Made by a program: the position numbers and the translations under genes
Notes under the pieces: generated by a model
The model's input: only the letters and a program-made list of their open reading frames with translations
Databases searched by the model: none
Told to the model about the DNA's origin: nothing
Shown here: in pieces, positions 57,133 through 64,000 of the stretch
How positions within the stretch are numbered: position 1 is the stretch's first letter
Layout: each line of letters opens with the position of its first letter
DNA from: Minutocellus sp. GHC0000111
Taxonomy: Eukaryota
Assembly: GCA_977018835.1 (NCBI GenBank)
Contig: OZ361260.1
Location: 1,488,001-1,552,000 of the forward strand
DNA: 64,000 nucleotides
Direction: 5' to 3'

Positions 57133-58134
57133 ATGACTGTAGACACTGACTTTGCCGTTCCTGACCCACCGCCGCAGGGGGAGACGTCGGTAGCACTATC
57201 GGACAAGACGCTGCTGGCCGTATCACTTGCTGGCTTTGTCGTTCTCGCAACCACAGTCTACGTCCTTGTAATCCGACCCAGCCTTACGGCCGAAGAAACT
57301 GACGAACGTGACGGCATCTATAATTATGATGACGAGCTCGATCATGCCGATGTTCGGACACTGAACCGTGCCCAGCGCAGAGCAAGGGCGCGGAATCGCA
57401 TGAAGAGGAATCGTCGCGTTGATCCCCGGACGCCTGGTCAGCTCCATCAACATCACGAGGATGTGGACGACGGAGCGGATGACGCAGACGGCGGTGCAGC
57501 CGTGGCCCAGCAACAGCTGTTGGATGAAGACGAAGCTGCAGCGGCGGAACAAGATGGAAATGAATCTTCACAACAACATTTGAGCCGAAAGGAACGGACT
57601 CGGCTGGCCAAAGCGAAAGAACGAGAGGAACGCAAGCTGTTCGAGAAGGAACGGCAGGAGCAAAGGAGGAAAGCCGAAGCGGCCGCAGCCGTCGAGCGGA
57701 GGGAGAGAGAGAAGGAGCGGGAGGCGTTGGCCCAAGAGGAGAGGAGGAGGCGAGAGGCCGAGGCTCACGATCGTGAACTTACCGAGCACAGGGAATGGGT
57801 TCTCATGTTCTTGGAAAGCCGAAATAATGCCGAAGCCACAGTCAGAGAATTCATTTGCAAGGCGAAGTCGAAGAAAATATGGCCCGTCGAGGATATTTCC
57901 CGAGAGTACGGAGTATCATCAGAAAAAGTAGAGATAAGACTACGACAGCTCCTTGCTGATGATCGAATGTTTGGCGTCGTATCGAATGGAAACTTCATTT
58001 ATCTTGAACCCAACGACATGAAGAGCATTGCAGAAAGGATCAAGGAGAATGGGAGGACTTCACTTTCAGAATTGGGACGAGAAATATGTCGTGTCGCAAC
58101 TGGCAGCATAGCAGTAAGCAATGATAGCTCTTGA
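57133..58134 (+). CDS. DDRGK1/UFBP1-like protein
   Basis: N-terminal TM anchor, E/R-rich coiled coil, and a PCI-like C-terminus FICKAK..K...EDISREYG...LRQL...MFGVVSNGNFIYL...IKENGRTSLSEL. Confidence 0.82.
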   Translation: MTVDTDFAVPDPPPQGETSVALSDKTLLAVSLAGFVVLATTVYVLVIRPSLTAEETDERDGIYNYDDELDHADVRTLNRAQRRARARNRMKRNRRVDPRTPGQLHQHHEDVDDGADDADGGAAVAQQQLLDEDEAAAAEQDGNESSQQHLSRKERTRLAKAKEREERKLFEKERQEQRRKAEAAAAVERREREKEREALAQEERRRREAEAHDRELTEHREWVLMFLESRNNAEATVREFICKAKSKKIWPVEDISREYGVSSEKVEIRLRQLLADDRMFGVVSNGNFIYLEPNDMKSIAERIKENGRTSLSELGREICRVATGSIAVSNDSS

Positions 58135-58278
58135 ATTTTCTATTTTCTATGTTTTTTCCACACACACCCAACTGCCGGTATGGTAGATTTTCAAGACTTG
58201 CTTATGTTGACAATTCCAGACATCACATCTTGCAATCTGAAATGTTCTCGAGCCTCCAAACACGGCAACAAGGAATTC

Positions 58279-59806
58279 CTAATAGAAAGCGTAAATGAAG
58301 AGGATAAACGTTTCATATCCGAGCATCATGAGATGCCACCTCAAATCCAAGCTTGCACTTGCGGCCGCGCCAACGAAGAGTCGGAAGAGAAAGGTAATCA
58401 AACCATCACCGACCGCCTGAACTCTCCAGAACAGCTTGCTCTTGGTCTCGCCACTTCCATCCTTGCCAACACGAATAAAAACGCTGACGAACTTGCATAT
58501 GCACGTGAGGAGCATGTACAGGGCCATGAGTTGGCTCGCAAACTTATCCCCGATGAAAAGCGGTGCCTCAAGACCCTGCTCATCGCTTTCTACTGAACCA
58601 GGAGGCGGGGAATGGATGAGCGCTCCGGTCCACTCGAGATAAATGTCATCTCGAGGAATGAACAAGATATGGCCGGGGAAGAATAGATCGCGCGCCACAA
58701 TGAGGCCCACGAACCCAGACACAATGCCAACCGTCCGCAATACAATCTTGCTCACAATAGAAGATGATGTCTTTCCCTCTGGAATTGTTCGGGATACCTT
58801 GCTATTCTTGGCCAGACGACGAGATGTCAGAGCATATCCCAGCAATACAATTGCCTCCACAACGAGCAAGGCGCAAATCAGTAGGCCCATCTCGCCGGCA
58901 TCGGCGCCCTTCAAGTCATCCAAATACATCACATAGAGCGCCACAACAGCCAAATTACCAACCACACCTGTCAGCAATACGGGCGTGAAATGTCCAGCGG
59001 ACCAATGCGCATTGGCCGGCTGGAATACCAGGGGAGCAATTTTCTGTGTGTGGAAGGCGAGAGCAGCCGCACCGCCCACCTTCCGTACGAACAGTCCGCC
59101 CATGTTGTTCTCATCGGTAGTTACTCCCTCGATGGCGCTAAGACCGCCTTGTTTTGACTTCCATCCCTTGGCATCGTCATAGAAATCGACAGATTTGGTG
59201 AAATGCTATGATTTCAATGAATCAAAGTGAAGATGATGTTGAGATATTGTAAGTGAGGATGTAGTACATTTGAAAGCCAAGAGGCAGAGGCGGGGGTGCA
59301 TACACCACATGCATGCAATTGTGGCCACAACATGCCCCAAATCTATGCTAAAAGGCTCATAGCATCAAGCCTTGTACTATATACGAATTTGCAGCATAAT
59401 CATATCAGTGCAAATTGTGCTTCGTCATTGGTCGTCATCAATCAAGGACTGAACACGGCTATTACCAACCACAACGGACACTGGGCGCATATAAATACGT
59501 GTATGTGCACACGAAACTCACCAGCATAGCATCATCCATCCCACCAGCAATGGACCGGCCGGTGGCCATCACATCGCGGAAGGACAGGACCCACAAGGCA
59601 CCGGAGCAGAGGAGGACAATCATAACGAGGGGGAGGGGAGCCAGGTGCATTCCCCGAAATTCGGCTGCGGTTTGTTGCTTCGGCTTCTTTGTTGCCTTGG
59701 AGTATTTGTCGTCGCTTGCACTGGATCCAGTGGCACTGTGATCAGCGCCATCCGCGGAAGCAGCAGCGTTGGCGGTGGTGGCGTTCTTCCTTCTTCGGAC
59801 CGGCAT
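58279..59806 (-). CDS. Hypothetical multi-pass membrane protein; intron 59206-59521
   Basis: Exon 1 MPVRRRK...DDAML|GTGAGT, acceptor CATAG, exon 2 open to the stop at 58279; about 7 hydrophobic segments. Confidence 0.75.
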
Positions 59807-60113
59807 CTTGATAACGATTTTATGCCGTTGTGCCGTTGCAACTGTTGCGTTGCGTTGCGTTGCAACGTTTGCAACGTTGGTCTGCCTGCCTCCCGTACGT
59901 AGGTCATTGCGACACAAAAGGTATGGTGAGGCCGATGACTTCTTGACATCAATGATTTTGAGGATTTTGCCGCTGGGGACTGTCACCTCGTTCCAGGTCG
60001 TTGAGATGAACCCATCCTCCCATCTTCTCAGCAGACGAGATGCAGAAAAGTCTTCGCTCTACGTCTTTAACACCAATAAGAACACATATGCCAGAGCAAG
60101 GAGGGGACGAACA

Positions 60114-63100
60114 ATGATTTCGCAACCGCCGCCGCCACCACCACCAACATCATTTGCTGTTCGAAAGAAGCAGTCTGCACCTTTTCTGCTTCTAATAATT
60201 GGTAGCTGCATCCTCTTACAAGGCGAGCTGAATAATGTAAGCCCTTTGAAAGGACGCCGCGGCCTGCGAACTTTGCTAAGATCCGAGCGACTAGATCTCG
60301 CTGATGTTCAGATGAGTGAGGGCTTCGAGGAGGAATTGCCAATCGCTACAATCAGTACGAACATTAGGAGCAGCACTATGACTATTAGTACCACAGAAGA
60401 TAGCAATGGAGGCAAAGACAATGCCGCTAACGTCCTCCAAAACAAAGATCGCTTCCAGTCGACCCTCATTCGATCTTTGGCTATCGAAAATCGGCAAGAA
60501 GGATTCATTCCCCAGCTCGGCTTTACTGGTCCAGGACTGTTTCACAACGCGAGCTCTGTCCAGGTGGAACTGATGGCTTTTCAAGACAAAGCGCGACAAT
60601 CCTGGTATGGTACACAAACTGTCGTGGCGACGGAAGAGTTTGCTTTTGTTATCAGCAACTTCCCGTCCACCGTTTCGCCCTGGACGGCATGTCCAGAGGG
60701 TATATTGGTTTGGTTCGAAAGTGTAGATACCAAGGTTGTGTTTAGTGTTCCGGCATTTTATCTCCCACAACAAGAAGATCAGGGCGTCGATCTATCCAGA
60801 GAAGACGGCGACGATGATGGCAGCAGGACCTTTCAAAAGCTCATTGTCCAAACTTCGATAGTTGACCCAGGAGAATACCGCCTACATATAGTTGGATTTC
60901 AGCGAGAAGGAGAAAGGGGAAATACGGGCGACGTGCGTCCTGTGTCTGGCAGCCCATGGAATTTGCGTGTCCTTCCAACTACTGTTCCTATCACTGCCAG
61001 TGGTGCCGAAAATGGCGATACTGATTCAAAAAAGGAGAACTATGGCGTACCTGCAAGGCAGACTCGGATTGATGTTCCTTTAAGCACTTGCGATCTCACT
61101 GACCTTGTCGACAACGAGAATGGAAGGTGGGTGGAATGCGAAGCAGCTGGTATTCCTCAGGAACGGTGTCTCGTCGACGGCTGGGTGTACCTCCCAAATG
61201 ATTGCCAATACGATATCTTCACCACCATTGATGCCTTGGAAACCTCCAAGGCCATCGAAGATGCACGGGAAGGGAGGTCAATCTGGATTGTACTTGTTGG
61301 CACGTCAATCGAGCGAGGAATCCTTCACGCCATGGTGGACATGTTGTCGTCGATTGGTATGATTACTGACAAGCATGGCACTATCGATGGTTCAATCGCC
61401 GATGCTTTATTTGGAGAAATTAATAATGACGAAAAAGGACATGGATCTCTTTTAAAATGTTGGGGCTGGTAAGTACACAAATATCCCGACTGCAGGCCTG
61501 GTCGGTGTATCTATGGGTCGGGTGAAATGATTGTTATTTCTACGCGAATTTTACTCTCCTTATTTTTCTATATTCTCGCCCATTCATAACAGGTACGATG
61601 TCCAGATTGGTAGCATACGTTTATCCTACCAGGATTATCATAACAATTACATTCAAGACAAAGAATACAGTGAAGGTGCTCTCAAGCGATGGCACGAGAT
61701 ATTGAGCGAGTCTCCCGACGCAGTGATTGTGGGAGATGTCAATAAAATCAACCTCGCGACGATTCCCTACAAAAGTATGGTCGAGTCGGTCATTAGTACC
61801 CAGTATCAAGGTATTGTCGTCATGGCACCTCAGATGGAACGCATAAAGACAGGAGGAATCGGCAACTCCTTTTTCTGTGACGGGATCGATGGCCAAACGA
61901 CCATGGATTCTTATAGATCTCTCTCAGGAGACATCCGCCACTCTCTCGACGAGGCAGTCCAAGGCTGCAATAAAATCTGCTCAATAGATACCAATAATCG
62001 ATCGAAGAGCCAGTGTCACGAGTACTGTTCCAAAATGAGAGATAATATCTTCGTTGCCGACTTCTCGAAGCTGTCTTGGAGCTTCGCCCATGATACCGAG
62101 CGGCTCATGTCCAATTCACATCTTTCACAGCACTACCATGCGTACAGCACATCACTTTCTGGTCATCCCAAGCCCTTGTGTGGATCTGAACACAGTAATC
62201 GCCGATATGTTCTTGGGTCTGTCGTAGAGATGACTTCTCAGATTTATCTGGGTACTATTTTGAATCATTTGGCAGAGAGAACTAATTTGGCGATGAATCT
62301 TTACAGGTCGAGATCCTGTGACAGCCATCCCTCCCTACCCGAAAGCCCCAACGAAATCGATTTAGCTTCACGCTATCCCTTTCGAGCCTGTTTTACATGT
62401 CCACTCAATACAGTCACTCATCAATACACCTGGATTCCACCATCTCCCCCCCCCCAGACTTTGACTCATTCCAAGCTTAGAAATGTTGTCGAGACCTTTC
62501 AAAATGGTATTCGTGCAAAAGACGACACAGATTTTTGTTACGAGGGTTTCGGCTCAACCTTTCGACGAAACTTAAGAAGGACATTTCGATTGGTCTTTCT
62601 TCAACAATTCCCTTTCTAGTCCAGAGCAAGCCGGTCTTACCTCCAATGCTGGCCGAAAACATAGCATCGATTACTGAACCAGTTGATATTGCCGATACGG
62701 CCACATTCATTCATATCCCGAAAGCTGGCGGAACAAGTATGAAGCATCTCTACAGCCAATGCTACGGCTTGGTCGTTGCGTCAGGTGGTGCCCAATGGGG
62801 ATGGGACTTGGATGAGCTAGTAGTGTGGCCCTATACGACACCCGAAGGCAAAGAAGTTCGTTTCATCAATATCGATCCAAATTCAGTTCAAGGTCTAGAA
62901 CGTGCAAAGCGCTTGGGCCTCGCTGATTCTGGCCTTGTAGATGTTGTCTTTGCGTAAGTCTGGTGAAAATGACGTTTCTCTTTGTTACTCATGCTGATAT
63001 CCCACCGGGCAGCGCAGATTGGAAGATGAGCTCATATTTCATTTCTCTGCTTTACTTCCTCTTATTATTACTCCCCTTCACCAAAGAACATATTTTGCTC

Positions 63101-63654
63101 AAGCTGCAGATGTATTCAACCCACAACATCGAGCGAGGATGTTTACAATTCTACGACATCCCGTTGACACGGCAATATCTGAATTCTACTACCTACAGGA
63201 TGCGACCTGGGAGGTAAATTACGCCCCCGAAACCAAGGATTGGACTGTGCAACAGTATGCCGAAAGCAGGCTATCAAACAAAAACTTTGTCGTTCGTCAG
63301 TTGGTCAACAAGCCATCGGGTTTGCTCTACGAGTCTGATCTCGACTTGGCAAAAGAGATATTGCGAGAAAAGTTTGTCATCGGTCTCATGAATGAAATGG
63401 ACGAAAGCGTGAGGAGATTTGACTTGTACTTTGATTTCGATAAAAGTGATGAAACCAATCGCTGTGTTGATGAAATTTTGCATCCAGATAGAAGCAGCAG
63501 TACTGGCGGCGGAACCAATAGTCATCCCCACCCAAAAATACTCGAGGGCACACCAGAATGGGAGGCCATTGCTCAGAATAACTACTTTGACATACAACTC
63601 TACGAGTTCGCTGTTGGGCTATTTGAAGAGCAGGCAGTTTTATTTCAAGATTAA
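60114..63654 (+). CDS. Type II membrane protein with an SGNH/PC-esterase-like domain fused to a sulfotransferase; introns 61469-61592 and 62954-63086, one-base deletion at about 62560
   Basis: TM anchor; GRWVEC...GWVYLPNDCQY; WIVLVGTSIERG; CWG|WYD. Sulfotransferase PAPS motifs FIHIPKAGGT and LRHPVDTAISEFYY, plus NYFDIQLYE. Confidence 0.75.
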
Positions 63655-64000
63655 TGTAGGGTACGTAAGAGGAAAGAAATGAAGATGAATATCGAATGTA
63701 GATGTGCAATTTCATGTACACGTAGTCTACCGGTACATATAGCTCTAGCTAGCTACGTAGCTAGATCATCTCCAAACCAACAAAGATGCCACCGTTGGGT
63801 ACTCTACAGTGTACCGGTAGATCTTGTTAGATCCATCCACGTTACCGTCGTAGTAAGTACCGGTACATGTATACAGGTTACATGTAGATCGATACTGCTG
63901 GTAACAGATCTTTGCGATCGTCGTTGACTGATTGATTATCAATCCCACTTTTGCGCCGGCGGCGCGCGAACATCGGCGGCCCGGCCGGCCTGCCAAGCAG

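Noticed and set aside
59840..59880. (GTTGC)n tract, and (ATCGA)n near 52000-52100
   Set aside because: Ordinary short microsatellites in promoter regions.
1..64000. tRNA, rRNA or LTR retroelement
   Set aside because: No cloverleaf, rRNA-like sequence, RT/integrase motif or long direct repeat was recognised by eye; tRNAscan-SE or Infernal would be needed to exclude small RNAs.

Overview
Gene-dense eukaryotic nuclear DNA with short GT-AG introns and bipartite plastid-targeting presequences, most likely from a diatom or related stramenopile alga. It holds about 20 host genes: DUF1800-DUF1501-EGF, RUS1-like, a Cas1p-type O-acetyltransferase, PAB-like, BMT5/FDX-ACB, an NHA antiporter, an ABCB half transporter, LPA1-like, a mu-homology protein, MDC1-like, FkbM, MFS, cyclin-like, CYP97, WS/DGAT, fibrillin, DDRGK1-like and an SGNH-sulfotransferase fusion. 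Two accessory blocks stand out. (1) About 7.1-16.3 kb: an orphan ORF with HhH-like motifs, a nest of TA-flanked MITEs, and a gene hidden by introns, one stop and one indel that reads SET + 2OG-Fe(II) dioxygenase + Tudor-like. (2) About 51-57.1 kb: a 750 bp MITE and a 4.9 kb TA-flanked Tc1/mariner element. Its roughly 970 aa DD38D transposase has HMG-box-like and Tudor/SH3-like N-terminal segments, and the element carries a second, convergent HTH-like gene. Intergenic DNA is full of short TA-anchored palindromes that behave like transposon excision footprints. Several single-base indels sit in homopolymers and may be long-read errors. All domain calls come from reading motifs by eye; no searches were run.
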